Source: Octopus vulgaris (taxonomy: Eukaryota). Taken from it: a stretch of 64,000 bases of DNA. This document shows, piece after piece, positions 13,869-28,505 of this stretch (position 1 is its first letter; each line of letters opens with the position of its first letter). The DNA lies in NCBI GenBank assembly GCA_951406725.2, contig OX597834.1:37758001-37822000 (forward strand). Direction: 5' to 3'. The notes below the pieces were generated by a model that saw only the letters and a program-made list of their open reading frames with translations, was not told the origin of the DNA and searched no databases. A program made the translations under genes and the position numbers.

Positions 13869-14360
13869 AGTGTGCGTCTGTGCGTGTGCTACAACAACAA
13901 CAGCAACAGCAACAACAACAACAACAACAACACAGTAGTAACAAATGCATTAATGATTGCATCAACGGGTGCCTCACCTGCAGCAACAGCAACAGCAGCA
14001 GCAGCAGTAACAGCACCAACTACAGCAACAGCATTAGTAACAGCATCAATTGCAGCAGCAGCAGTAGCAGCGGAGGCGGAGGGGCGGGGCGGCGGCGGCA
14101 GCAGTGACATCTTATAAGAGCCTGATCAATTTCATCCGTCAACATAGATTTATCATTTCAGCATTCCTTCGGAATCAAATGACGGGAGTAAGAGTAAGAG
14201 TAAGTGAAAGAAGAAGAGAGAGAGAGAGAGGGAGGAGTGAGAGAGAAGGACAAGGAGGCTGGATACAAAAGGCAAGCGGGAAGATACATACATACATAGA
14301 CATACATATATATATATGAATATAAAATATATATACACACATATATATATATGTATATAT

Positions 14361-14407
<47 letters not shown>

Positions 14408-14431
14408 AGAATACATACATATATATATATT

Positions 14432-14493
<62 letters not shown>

Positions 14494-14611
14494 TATATAC
14501 ATTTATATACATATATATATATGCATATATATATATACATACACACACACACACGCACATACACACACGCACATACACACACAGACACACACACTCCGAT
14601 TATAACATATA

Positions 14612-14642
<31 letters not shown>

Positions 14643-15299
14643 TATAATCGGAGATCAGATATTCCACAGATGGAAAGAGAAATTCTTAGTCTCCATTTCC
14701 CGCTACAGACGGCATAAACGCCTGTTTCGTCTTATACATATCTTCGACATAATCACCGGGAATTCTCAACAAGTATGTTGTCTTAAAAGGAAGAATCTTT
14801 TTTTTTTCAGAAAGATTATATATCTTTAATCCATATAATGTATGTCTACACTCCAGGGAGAAACAAATGCTTGTGTAAATATGTTGTATAGCAACGTTGA
14901 AATTTTTCTTTCAATTTGAATGGCGCATTTTGCTCGGAATACTTCCATTCTTTCCTCCCATACATTTTTATAGCATTTTAAGGATAAAAACAGGTTTTAA
15001 AATGTTGCATATGAAGTTTTATGAAGAGAAATGAAACTGAAAATTTCCAGTTTTTAATCTTTTGTTGTTAAGGAACAATACTTCAGGCATGATAAAAGAG
15101 ATTAAAATTGTATGTAAAGAGTTTGGATGATAGAGTTGTGCTGAATTTTTCTGGATAATATAGTGTTCTAAAAAAACAATCTTTAAAATGTCGATAAATG
15201 TATTTTTAGGTTTCTCATAAATGGAAATGTTTAAATCAAACATTGTGCGTAAATATCTCTAATTATAACTGGGGTAGCTGGATTAAGTCATGTTTCTTT

Positions 15300-15920
15300 T
15301 ATGTTAGATATACCTTCAAAGAAAAAGAAACGCCATGCTGGTGTAGGTAATAAATTTAAAATTACGATTCTTTGTGAAGTAGACACAAAATATTCTGAAA
15401 TATGGAAAATACTGGAGAAGAATACCTCTGTCTAAAATAAAGAGGGTAGGCTTACGCTTTCACAAAATAGGTTCTCCTGCAAGAATTAAAGGATCCGGTA
15501 GTCCTAGGAGTACTGTTAGTACTGCTGAAAACAAGATTGTTTTCAGAGGGACCAATCTATTAGAAGATGGTTAGAATATGAATTTTGTACTGGGAAGATA
15601 TGTTATCCATGAAAAATATTTATCTTTGATTGCAATTTTAAACCTTTTCTTGCGGGAAAAATCAAATCAGAGAAGTTATTTTCAACAAGGCATTACACCT
15701 TCCAATGCCACAAAAACAACAAAAATAGTCAGAGAAACATTCATGGGAAAGAGTCCAGATTTTAATCCCATAAAAAATATTTGGATGGATATGGGTACGT
15801 AGATGCTGGAAAAAAATTTAGCTAGAAATAGCTTCTAGGATGTTGGGAAAATAAATAGGTCAATATTGATAATTCTTGGTGCAAAAAACTTATAGTTTAC
15901 CCTGAACACTGAATAACTAA
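15300..15920 (+). pseudogene. Tc1-family transposase fossil
   Basis: YFQQGITPSNATKTTK...SPDFNPIKNIW corresponds to Tc1 FQQDNAPxH / SPDLNPIENxW; heavily decayed, boundaries approximate. Confidence 0.75.
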
Positions 15921-17329
15921 AAGAAAGTCAGAAGACACGTGATTTCATATTAGTTTATAGATTTATTGGGGTATCTGTGCATGTTCTTGTTTTTAATGAT
16001 TTTGACACGTAATAAAATAGTTATTAACGAGAATTGTTTCAAAATTGGTTATGCCCATTATATATAATCCGTATAAGGAATATAATCCATGTAATCAAAA
16101 TTAGTAATCTATATAACAGTTACTTGCAATCCGTTCAATAAATGGATAGTTAAAGTATATTGCGACTTTAAGCCAAACTTTATTGAAGAAAAATAACTAA
16201 TTAAATCTATGTACATTTTGTGTATGCATTGCACATAAGACACAGCAGTAATGACTTTGATTACGACCACTTTTGGGGGGGGACAACAACATATAACATG
16301 TCAGATCTTTGTCAGCCCCAATTAAAAGTTTCCTGCCGTAGACGCTGAGTAGTTCTCTTTCTTGCTCCTTCTATACTTCTTTCTTTACTTGTGATGAAGG
16401 ACTAATATCCGAAGCGTTGAGACACTGTCTTTTTCCATTGTTGTTATCAGATTTGTTTTCTTGATTGGCTGTTTTAGCATCAGCTTTGAGAGAGATTGCC
16501 AACGATGGCCAGCTCAGGTATTATAAAATTACTGATGCCAAAACATCAGTGTCCGCTCTAGTTGAGTCCCTAATTGAATATCACCGTCCATTGTAATACC
16601 TCAGAAGCTGTTAATGACAGGAAACTCTGTGTTTACATTAGCGCAGGAATCTCAGGTAGTTTGAGCGAGATAAAATACAATATCCACTTTAGTATCTCCA
16701 TTACTGCTGATGCTAGGACCTATATCCAACGTAACATCTCAAAGCTTATTGATACCAGAATTTTTGGTGTCCACTCTACCATCTCAGAATCTGTTGATGC
16801 CATGTTGTCCAAATTATTTATATCAATAACTACAAACATAATTTTAGTTTAGAAATTTCTCACTCTTGTTAATCATTTAGGCTCTGAATACACTGCACAT
16901 CTCTATTCAGCACGTTCTATGCTGTACCAGCTTGGGATTACAGAAAAAAAAACACTAATTTAGTTATACGACAAATAAAATATAAACATTTTCACACAAT
17001 TAGTTACTTAGCAACGGAATTTCTATTAGGTTTTGGTAGCTCTAATAGTTAGTATTATGACTTGACTAGTAAGTTATTGGTACCTATAATGGCAGTAAAA
17101 ATACTGCCAAGGACTTAAAACATTTCTAGATACAATTCTTTTTTTATTTACTATTGTATATTCTTTCATTAATCTTTTGGTTTTTGGCAGTAAAAACGGA
17201 GTTGATAGCGATATGACTGACGCCATTACATTACTGGTATATTACTTCTGTTATTTATTTATTTAACATGTGACGTAGCAATTCCTGTGTCTTTAAGGGG
17301 AAAGGTGTAAAGGGAGGATGTAAAGAATA

Positions 17330-18310
<981 letters not shown>

Positions 18311-18315
18311 ATAGT

Positions 18316-18351
<36 letters not shown>

Positions 18352-18429
18352 TTATATGTATGTATATATGTATGTATGTATATATGTATGTATGTATGAC
18401 TCCATATATATATATATATATATATATAT

Positions 18430-18600
18430 TTGAAATTTATAGAAAAACAAAAGACAAAGACAGGTGTAGGAACAACAAGCAGGTGTAGTAGTTTGACGCT
18501 CGGGAAAATGAAAAAGTCTTTTACGCTTCGAGCCTACGATCTCCATCAGAAAGGAATAAAAGAAAATAAAGGGATAAATAAAATGAACTTGGAGATCTAG
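18430..18600 (-). mobile_element. Penelope-type terminal repeat with hammerhead-derived motif (18518-18553)
   Basis: Minus strand CTTT-CTGATGG-agatcgtaggctc-GAAG-C-GTA-AAAG; two core substitutions. Confidence 0.6.
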
Positions 18601-19247
18601 TGATATACAAAAGTCATTTTCTCAGTTTGCGACCAACAAAACCCACTGACAAGGCTTTGTCTGGCCCAAGAGTATAGCAGAAAGAAGACACTTGTCCAAG
18701 CCGTCGTTCAGTTGGACTGAACCCGGAACCATGTGGTTGAGAAGCAAAGCTCTTACTACACAACAATGTCTGCCACTTATAGTTCGCTTTAGTTTCTTTA
18801 CGAATGAATATATATACATAAAAAAACATGTAAAAATCAAAACAAAGAAATATTGTTTTATCTTTATTCGGTATTAATTCTGTAAATCGATACGAAATAT
18901 TTCGCTATTAAACAAGATAAATATAACGAGATTCTGTGGTTCTCATGCCTCGCACAACGTCTAGGACAAAACAGTTAAAGTAATCATAAAGTAAAAAATA
19001 AGAAAGTAATCCCAACGGAGGATGTACAAAGTGGGAGAGCTTGCCTCGTCCCAATGATGTTCGGGATGAAGGGGTTTTCTTACTATGGGGCGATGTGAAG
19101 GGGGGGGGGGGGGCATGAATTAAATTGGGGGAAAGAAGAAAAGTTTTAAGACTGTCACTTATACACACTGAGTTTCATACGATTATCGCCCTTGGATTAG
19201 TTTTGCTGTTCACACAAACATCTTGCTTTTTGGTTTTCTTGATGCTT

Positions 19248-19460
19248 GTTTTTGTTTTGGTGTTGTTTGTAGTGGTGTTGGTGGTGGTGGTGGTGGTGCT
19301 GTTTCTACTCTTTTTGTTTTTGTTGTTGTTTGTAGTGGTGTTGGTGTTGGTGGTGGTGTTTCTACTGTTTTTGTTTTTGCTGTTGTTGGTAGTGGTGTTG
19401 GTGGTGGTGGTGGTGGTAGTGATGTTTCTACTGTTTTTGCTTTTGTTGCTGTTTTCGCTG
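19248..19460. repeat. About 57-60-bp GT-rich minisatellite, about 3.5 copies
   Basis: Repeated tttttgtttttg.tgttgtt.gtagtggtgttggtg...gtttctact. Confidence 0.8.
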
Positions 19461-19477
19461 TTGTTGTTGTTGTTGTT

Positions 19478-19698
19478 GGGAGAGTCATTCTCTTTTTGTG
19501 CCTTATTATTTGACACACGCACCGGTTCGATTTCCACTCATTTACTAATTTATGTTTTCTAAAATATTTTCGTTGCGTCTTGCAACTTTTCCAGTAAGAC
19601 GCAACAAAAATATTTTAGAAAAAATAAATAAGTACATGAGTGGAAATCGAACCGGTGAGTGTGTCGAATAATAAGGCACAACAAGAGAATGACTTCCC
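19478..19698. repeat. About 105-bp-arm fold-back (inverted repeat)
   Basis: gggagagtcattctct...cgttgcgtctt reappears reverse-complemented as aagacgcaac...agagaatgacttccc. Confidence 0.9.
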
Positions 19699-20405
19699 CT
19701 AGACACAATAAAATATGCTTCAACACACGAATTCACATAAAGAATCTTGCAAACCAAATACAAAAACGAAATTAATAATATTTAATTATACAAAATATTA
19801 TGGGAGTTTTTAACCCGTTATCATTCAGATTATTCAGTGAAATGTAAAGCTTATTTATTAACATTGTTTTAAATTAATTATGCATTGTCTTTTAGCTTCG
19901 AGATTTTGAAGATGTGATTGCTTTTTTTTTAAATGGCATCGTAGGGTCGATTTGTGAATCCAGATCTAACCAGTTCGAACATAAAACAGGTAGAATATTT
20001 GGGCTGGTTACAACCGGTTTAAATACTAAACGGTTAAACATCAAATGGTTAGAAGAGTCCATGCGTGTGAAACAGGAATAAAGGGTCCCTAGGACATAAA
20101 TGGTTGCCAACCCCTGATCTAAGGAATATTCAGTTTCTTATGCGCAAATTCAGCGAGCCTGGAAGTTCAGTTCTTTGAACACGTGAATACTCATCGTCGA
20201 TGCAGACGGAGATCCTTAAGCTGACTTTCCAGACGATATGTACGACATTGTTAGATAAGTAGTTCTGTGCAGTTATGTAGGAAGTTAGCGAAGAATATAC
20301 GGATGGATTAATAACAATAACAAGCAGGCGGTTGACTGTGTAAACAAACATATACATAGGTGTATGCATATCTGTACGTACATATATGGGTTTGCATGCG
20401 CATTT

Positions 20406-20452
<47 letters not shown>

Positions 20453-20493
20453 TGTTTGTGTGTACGTGTCTGAATGTGTGTATTGTGTTTGTA

Positions 20494-20524
<31 letters not shown>

Positions 20525-20525
20525 G

Positions 20526-20558
<33 letters not shown>

Positions 20559-20575
20559 GTATATATGTGTGTATG

Positions 20576-20626
<51 letters not shown>

Positions 20627-20734
20627 GTGTACACACATATCAGTGTTTGTGTATATCTATGCATTTGATAATGGAATAACATATTTCTATGTATATCTAT
20701 TTATATGTGAGTTTATATGCGTGTTTGTATGTGA

Positions 20735-20766
<32 letters not shown>

Positions 20767-20826
20767 GTTTGTGTGAGTGTATGTGTATGTATGTACGCGT
20801 GTGTGTGTGTGTGTGTGCTTGTGTGA

Positions 20827-20865
<39 letters not shown>

Positions 20866-21379
20866 TGTGTACGCACATTCCAGAGATTGTGTATGTCTAT
20901 GTATTTGGTAGCGGAATAACAAGTCGTGCGCCATAATCTGAGATCTGCGACAGACGTTGATCTCAGAGTGACACAGATCATCTTTAGATTGTCTGCAAAT
21001 GGCAGCGGAAGTTATAGCAAGATTATAGAGATTCTTGGACAAAACAACGAGGAAACCACAATAGTGTATTCCACATCTTCAGTTAACATTGGAACGTAAA
21101 TTCTTTCCCAGTTGACGCTAGACAAGCGTATACACATGCAAACATATATATTACATACATACATAAATACATACATACATAAATACATACCCAGACGCAT
21201 AATGTACATACATGCACACACACACACACACAAATATATATATACACACACACAAACACGCACATACTGACATACACGAGTAAGCACGTAAATGCAAATC
21301 AAGCTTGGGGAAATAGTACTCGAATACAGAAGGTAGAGCAATGTGTGTTTTTATTAAAACTGCAAAAAAATTACAGAAA

Positions 21380-21475
21380 ACAGTTACTTAGAGTTTTATG
21401 TTTCAATTTGTCGGACAGTTGTGTTCAAGACGCTGACTCACAACTGTCCGATGAGCGGAAACACGAACCTCTGAG
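21380..21475. repeat. Fold-back of hammerhead-like Penelope-type termini
   Basis: Perfect 13-bp core tcggacagttgtg / cacaactgtccga with degenerate outer arms; each arm reads ctgt-ccgaNRa...ctctRag. Confidence 0.6.
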
Positions 21476-21504
21476 ATATAGGTATTTGCAACGTTTTTGA
21501 AGTT

Positions 21505-21505
<1 letters not shown>

Positions 21506-21559
<54 letters not shown>

Positions 21560-21821
21560 TAATAATAATAATAATAATAATAATAGTAATAATAATAATA
21601 TAATAATAATAATAATAATGATAATAATAATAATAATAATAATATAATAATAATAATATATACATATATAATAATAATATATATATAACATATAATAATA
21701 TAATAATAATAATATATATATGATAATATATATGTAATAATAATAATGATAATAATAATAATAATAATGATAATAATAATAATAATAATAATAAAAATGT
21801 AATAATAATAATAATAATAAT
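21506..21821. repeat. (AAT)n array
   Basis: Directly visible. Confidence 0.95.
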
Positions 21822-21872
21822 GTGTGTATATATACATATATATATATGTATATATATATGTATATGTATGTA

Positions 21873-21913
<41 letters not shown>

Positions 21914-22013
21914 CTCCGCTCGAAACGTTAAACCCTCCTTCTTCCCTTCTTCCTGAGCGTCCAATAATAAAGACGTCCTCCGTTGTTGTGTTTTGTGTTT
22001 TCTTGTTTGGATT

Positions 22014-22069
<56 letters not shown>

Positions 22070-22153
22070 TAAAGACTTTACCAGGTGGTGCTATTAAGTT
22101 AGACATGGCCTGGGTCTATACTGGCCGAAACCTATCAAAGTTATATATATATA

Positions 22154-22198
<45 letters not shown>

Positions 22199-23686
22199 TC
22201 ATGCATATATGCATATCTGTATCATTTATCTCTCGGGTTTTATTTGTTTAAGTCACTGGACAGCGACCATGCTGGGGCACCGCTTTGAAGTATTTAAGGC
22301 AAGCTGATCCGCCCTACTACTTATTATTTTTTCCTTTAAATTCTCAAACTTATTCTATCGTGGTCTTTTGCCGAACCGTTAAGTTACAGGGACGTATACA
22401 AATCAGCACTAGTAATCAACTGGTGGTAGTGGTGTTGGTTGTGGGATGACAAACATAGACATAGAAATATACATATGCAGAAACACGCGTCTATATAAAT
22501 ATATGATATACATATATATGCGTGTGTGTGTGTGTGTGTGTATACAGATGCACATATGGGTACAGGACGTCACCAACAGTAAACAACATGAAATACAAAA
22601 ACAAATGATTTAAATACGCAAACAACGAGAGAAAAAATGGGGAACAGAAGTAACACAAAGAACGACCCTTCATCAGTTGTCGGCTATCTACTCCTCATTT
22701 CGAGCAGACGAGTTACCACCCAGTTTCTCTCTACCTATTTCACTCACAAGATATTGGTTGGCATGAGTCTATGGCAGAAGACATTTGCCTCAGGCACCAC
22801 GCAATGAAACTAACTTCTTGCAAAACAAGTTTTAAACGTACAGCAGTGCTCCCCCCCACACACACACACGAATGAAAACAGTACTAAGCATAAGAGACTA
22901 ATTTCATAGCACAATATTGCTCTGTAATTAATAGTTGAACATCCAACGCCTTCGTTATAAAGACTAGTTTCGCCAAAGCATTGCTCTTCAGGCAATATTC
23001 ATTTGAGAGACAGCGTAGACTAAAACCCATTAAAATATATTAAAATTTTAGAGCAGGAAATTAAGAAATTTAAAATCGCTATTAGATGCAAGTAACAAAA
23101 AAAAATAAGTGTATGTAAAACGCTATGTTTCTAGAAAAAGGTGTTACATGAGAAACAATAAATGGCAATTACTTCCAAGAATCGATTAGATATTTATAGG
23201 AAACGGTGAATAATTTAAAACTCTTTATTTTTATCACCTTTCTCCAGAATCTGAGACTTTGTAGATGTTTTGTTATCACTGCTATTCGTGGTGACTTTAA
23301 CCTTCCCAATTTTCATCGCCAGTTTTTTAATAACATTTTAAAGATAGAATTTAGTTTGCAATGGTTTTTATACGATTTTCCTAAAACTATTCTTTCTTGA
23401 TAGTTTATCATCATCATCATCATCATCGTCATTATTTTTATTAGCTCAGGTTTTGTTGCAACTCTTGGAGTCTTGCATGCGTAGTGGGCTTGCCTCTTGC
23501 AGACTACGGTACCATTCTATCTGTTCTTTTCAATTGTCTAATATTTTCCTGGTTATTCTGGCCTTGCCAAACGGGCAAACTTCTTGTAGCAGTTCTGTTG
23601 TTGTTGTTGTTGTTTTGTTGTTGATGCTGTTGTTGTTGTTGTTGATGATGATGATGATTTTGTTGTTGTTGTTGTTGTTGTTGGTA

Positions 23687-24113
23687 AGGCGGTGAGCTAG
23701 CAGAATCGTTAGCACGCTGGACGAAATGCTTAGCGGTGTTTCGTCTGCCGTTACGTTCTGAGTTCCAATTCCGCCGAGGTCGACTTTGCCTTTCACCCTT
23801 TCGGGGTCGATTAATTAAGTACCAGTTACGCACCGGGGTCGATATAATCGACTTAATCCGTTTGTCTGTCCTTGTTTGTCCTCTCTGTGTTTAGCCCCTT
23901 GTGGGCAATAAAGAAATAGGTATTTCGTCCGTCGCTACGTTCTGAGTTCAAATTCCGCCGAGTTCGGCTTTGCCTTTCATCCTTTCGGGGTCGATAATTT
24001 AAGTACCAGTTGTGTACTAAAGTCGATCTAATCGACTAGCCCCCCCCCTCTCCAAAACATATGGGCCTTGTGCCTAGAGTACAAAAGATTATTATTATTA
24101 TTATTACTATTAC

Positions 24114-24146
<33 letters not shown>

Positions 24147-24325
24147 AACGGTAAGTTGGCACATTCGTTAGCACGCTGAACAACATACTTAGCAGCACTT
24201 CGTCCGTCTTTATGTTCTGAGTTCAAATGCTCGTTCCTGACTGATAAGTACCAGTTATGTAATGGGGTTGATGTAATCGACTACCACCAATCCCGCAAAT
24301 TTCATGGCTTTTGCCTGTATTAGAA
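23687..24325 (+). mobile_element. SINE family A dimer plus degenerate monomer
   Basis: Junction aaagaaatag|gtatttcgtcc at 23919/23920; a further copy at 24145-24325. Confidence 0.85.
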
Positions 24326-24704
24326 TTATAGTAATTTTGCGTGTCATTGCGTTACTTAGCCTGATTGTATTGTTTTCACGTGATTAGAGGGAAAGAGGGA
24401 GAAAGAAAAGAGAGAGACATAAAAAGAGAGAAAAAGTGAGAGAGAAGCGTCCATGACTTGAAATAGAGGGAGGGTAACTGAAAGCTTTCACGTGAAGGGA
24501 AAGAGAGGAGAAAGGAAAAGGAGAGAGAAAAAGAGGATAAGACAAAGAGTGAGACAGAAAGAAGGAGAAGCGTCCATGACGTGAGGTAGGGGGAACGTAA
24601 TATTTATTACGTCGTTAAAACAGTTAGTTCGAGGGAGAGGAGGAGACTTAAAAATATAATTTTAACAGTGGGGTGATGTTCTGATGGTGAGGTTAAAGAA
24701 TGGT

Positions 24705-24856
24705 TGGCTGTGTGGTAAGTAACTTGCTTACGAACCACAGGGTTCTGGGTTCAGACCCACTGCGTGGTATCTTGGGCGAGTATCTTCTACTATAGCCTCG
24801 GGCCAACCAAAGCCCTGTGAGTGGATTTGGTAGACGGAAACTGAAAGAAGCCTGTC

Positions 24857-24891
<35 letters not shown>

Positions 24892-25015
24892 GGATAAACA
24901 CATAAATGTGAAACAAGGTGGAAAAAAGAGTACTCAAATACCAGTGGTAGAGTGCTTTATTTTAGAGCAGTGTGTTTTGTGTCAGACAGTGTAGCAAAAA
25001 CTGTGTGTGTGAATT

Positions 25016-25051
<36 letters not shown>

Positions 25052-25265
25052 ATATATATGAGTGTATATGTTTGTGTCTGTGTTTGTCTCCCCAATATCG
25101 CTTGACAACCGATGCTGGTGTGTTTACGATGCTGGTGTGAGACCGATAGAATAAGTACTAGGTTTACAAAGAAAAAGTCCTGGGGTCGATTTTTTTCGAC
25201 GAAAAGGCGGTGCTCCAGCATGGCCACAGTCAAATGTCTGAAACAAGTAAAAGAATAAAAGAGTA
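24705..25265 (+). mobile_element. SINE family B with an internal insertion
   Basis: Head at 24705, tail ggcggtgctccagcatggccacagtcaaatg at about 25206-25235. Confidence 0.8.
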
Positions 25266-26059
25266 AAAAAGAGAAGGGAGACAGAGAGAGACGAAGGTGA
25301 GAGAGGGGAAAGAGAGGAGGGAGATAGGAGAAAGAGGGGAGAGAGAGAGAGAGGAGGAGGGGGGAAGGGGGGAGAGAAATGGTGGTGGTGGTAGTGATGG
25401 TGGTGGTATTGGATAGTGAAAAATGTATTTTTAAAAAATTGAACGAAGTTTTCTATATCACCTATCACTTAACGCAAGCGCATAAGTGCAATCCCGTGAA
25501 ATGTTCGCGCTTATTTACGTACCAGATATATGCAATTTAACTAAAGGTTGTATCATACGCACGGGATTTCTTTGTGTTTTTATTTATGGGGAAAATGGAA
25601 AAATAAGAGTGCATATTAATTTTATTAGTGCAGTGTTTTAATCTATAAAAGTGTGCATAATGTATATAAAGTGTATATATAAAGTGCATTTCACCTTTTA
25701 AGGAATAACAGGTGAGCGACTGTATTTCCATACAAGCACAACGCAGACTTACTCTTTCAAGTCCCCTTTTTTCTTTCTTTTCTTTTTCTTTCTTTTCTTT
25801 TTTTTTTTTTCATTTCTTTCTTTCTTTCTTTTTTTTTTTTTGGTTAAAGTCTTCAGAAATAACCCCGTAGGTTTAGCATTAATGCCGTGAAATTTTCACG
25901 GTTTCCGCTACTTATTATTATTTTGGAATAGAAGTAAAAAAAAATATTCTCAACATTTTTTCCAACATTTTTCAGCTATAATTTTCTTCTTTTCCTTCTT
26001 TAACACCTTTTGCTCTTTTTTTTTTCTTCTTAAATATAATTTTTCATTATATCTTTTTC

Positions 26060-26325
26060 TAAATCGTTAGCGCGTCGAACAAAATACTTAACGGCATTTC
26101 GTCCATCTTTACGTTCTGACTTCAAATTCCACCGTGGTCGACTTTGCCTTTCATCCTTTCACAATAAAATAAGTACCAGGTGCGTGGCTTAGTGGTTACG
26201 GTATTCAGCTCTCGATCGTAAGGTCGAGAGTTCGATTCTCGACGGCTTGTTGTATCCTTGAGCAAGGCAATTTATTTGCTCCCTTTCCTTCAAAAACCGC
26301 TGGCCCTGTGCCAAACTTTAAAGCC
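26060..26325 (+). mobile_element. Chimeric SINE: family A interrupted by a tRNA-like/Meta-like head
   Basis: Family A core up to taagtacca, then gtggcttagtggtta...gagttcgattctc...gttgtatccttgagcaaggca, then a family-A-like tail. Confidence 0.6.
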
Positions 26326-26984
26326 ATTTTATCTTTTCTTCATAATTTTTTAGATCGTTTCCATTACAGGCATTCATCGAATCCTTGTTTTACTTTCTAA
26401 CTCTATGTACAACAAACGGGTAATTTCTTTCTTCAAAAAATGGTCTTTAAACACCCGTAATTTTAAACTCTACCATTTTCTTACAGCCATCAGACCGTGA
26501 AGCGCTCCTCACGAACGCATGTTCGTGAGATGGTTGTGATCTGTAAACAGCTTTGAATAGGAACCGGAAAGAGAAGTATGAACACGCAATGTGCATGTGC
26601 AACACTGAATTCATAAAACGGAAAAGAATAAAAACTCAATGCGCATGTCAAAATAAAACGGAAGAGAAAAACAAAAGTTATATGATCGTCTGCACGCTAC
26701 GACTGACACCACTGTCACGTGGCTTTACTGCTATTTTCTTGTTTCTTTAAAGTTATCTACATTCATTCGATCCCTGCAGTCACTGGTTCGTTATTTCCGT
26801 TTCTCTTTTCCTTCATTCGTCGATTTTTTTCCTTCTTTCACAGTAAAGTATATATATGTAGCATATACGTTCGTATGTTTATAAGTTTGTCTATGTGTAT
26901 GTCTGCGTGTGTATGTATGTATATCAGGTGTTACATTTTGGCATTCCGTAACTTAAACTCACACACAGGCACACACACACACAG

Positions 26985-27042
<58 letters not shown>

Positions 27043-27362
27043 ACACAAACACATATATATATGCATCAATACACACAGGCACAGAAGTATATATTCCAGA
27101 CATTTAATGTTGGCTGTCCTTATGCTAAATTGACTCAAATACAACACACACACGCACGTACATGCGCGCATGCATGCACACACACATATATACACACACA
27201 CATTACATATATACATACATACATGCATACGTATGTACATACATGTGTAAATATGTTTGTATATATATATAAACCATCCCTTCATGAGTTTAAAACTACT
27301 TATAATTGCATATATATATATATATGTGTGTGTGTGTGTATATATATATATATGTGTGTGCG

Positions 27363-27393
<31 letters not shown>

Positions 27394-28074
27394 ATATATA
27401 TATATATATATATACACATATGTATATATATAAAATACATATATACATGTACGTACATACACACACGCACGCGCTCAGGTGTATATTCCAACGTCTTAAT
27501 GTTTGCACTCCTTGAGTTCAGTCGGTCAATAACAGCAAATATCTAGATTTGAAATAGCAACCATTATTGATGGGAACAATAAAGAAAACACGGAAAAACA
27601 AGTCGGGAAACTTCAAGATATGCCAAGGGACTTCTTCAGTGTTTGCGAATCGGAATCCCAGGACGATGGAATTGTCCTAATTTGTCTTCAGTTCCTCTGA
27701 CATCCTGCCAATATCTATTCTGCTAAACTGTAATGTCTGACATATGTAATACTTTCTTTCGGCCATATTGTGATGTCTAGGTTTGCTCTCGTATTGTACT
27801 GGGATTCTGTTTCTACTTCTTTGTATAAGTGTGCGTGTGTGTGTGTGTAAGTATGCATATATATATGTGTGTGTGTGTGTGTGTATGCTAAAAAATGTAT
27901 GAAAGTATGTGTGCGTATGTGTTGATGTATACAAGTGTAAGTATCCAGGTGTGTTTGCGCGCGGGCGTATGTATACTTGTCCGCGTGGGTACGTGTATAT
28001 GTATGAATACTTGTATGTTTATGTGTGTGTGTATGTACATGCATGTGTGAATGTATGTATGCGTGCGTATATGT

Positions 28075-28505
28075 ATGTGGCCGTGTGGTAAGAAGCTTGC
28101 TTCCCAGCAACATGGTTCCGGGTTCAGTACCACTGTGTGGCACCTTGGGCAAGTCTCTTCGACTATAGCCTCGGGTCGACCAAAGCCTTGTCAGTGAATT
28201 TGGTAGATGTATGTTTGTATGTATGTATGTATGTATGTATGTATGCATGTATGTATGTATATATATATATATATGTATGTATATATGTTTGTATATGTGC
28301 GTGTCTGTGTCTGTGTTTGTTCCCCCACCATATCTTGACAACCGATACTGATGTATTTATGTCCGCGTAATCTAGCGGTTCGGCAAAAGAACCGATTGAA
28401 TAAGTACTAGGCTTACAAAAAATAAGTCTTGGAGTCAATTTTTTTGACTAAAGGTGGTGCTCCAGCATGGCCGCAGTCAAATGACTGAAACAAGACAAAT
28501 AGTAA
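28075..28505 (+). mobile_element. SINE family B
   Basis: Head gtggccgtgtggtaagaagcttgc; tail cagcatggccgcagtcaaatgactgaaac. Confidence 0.85.
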
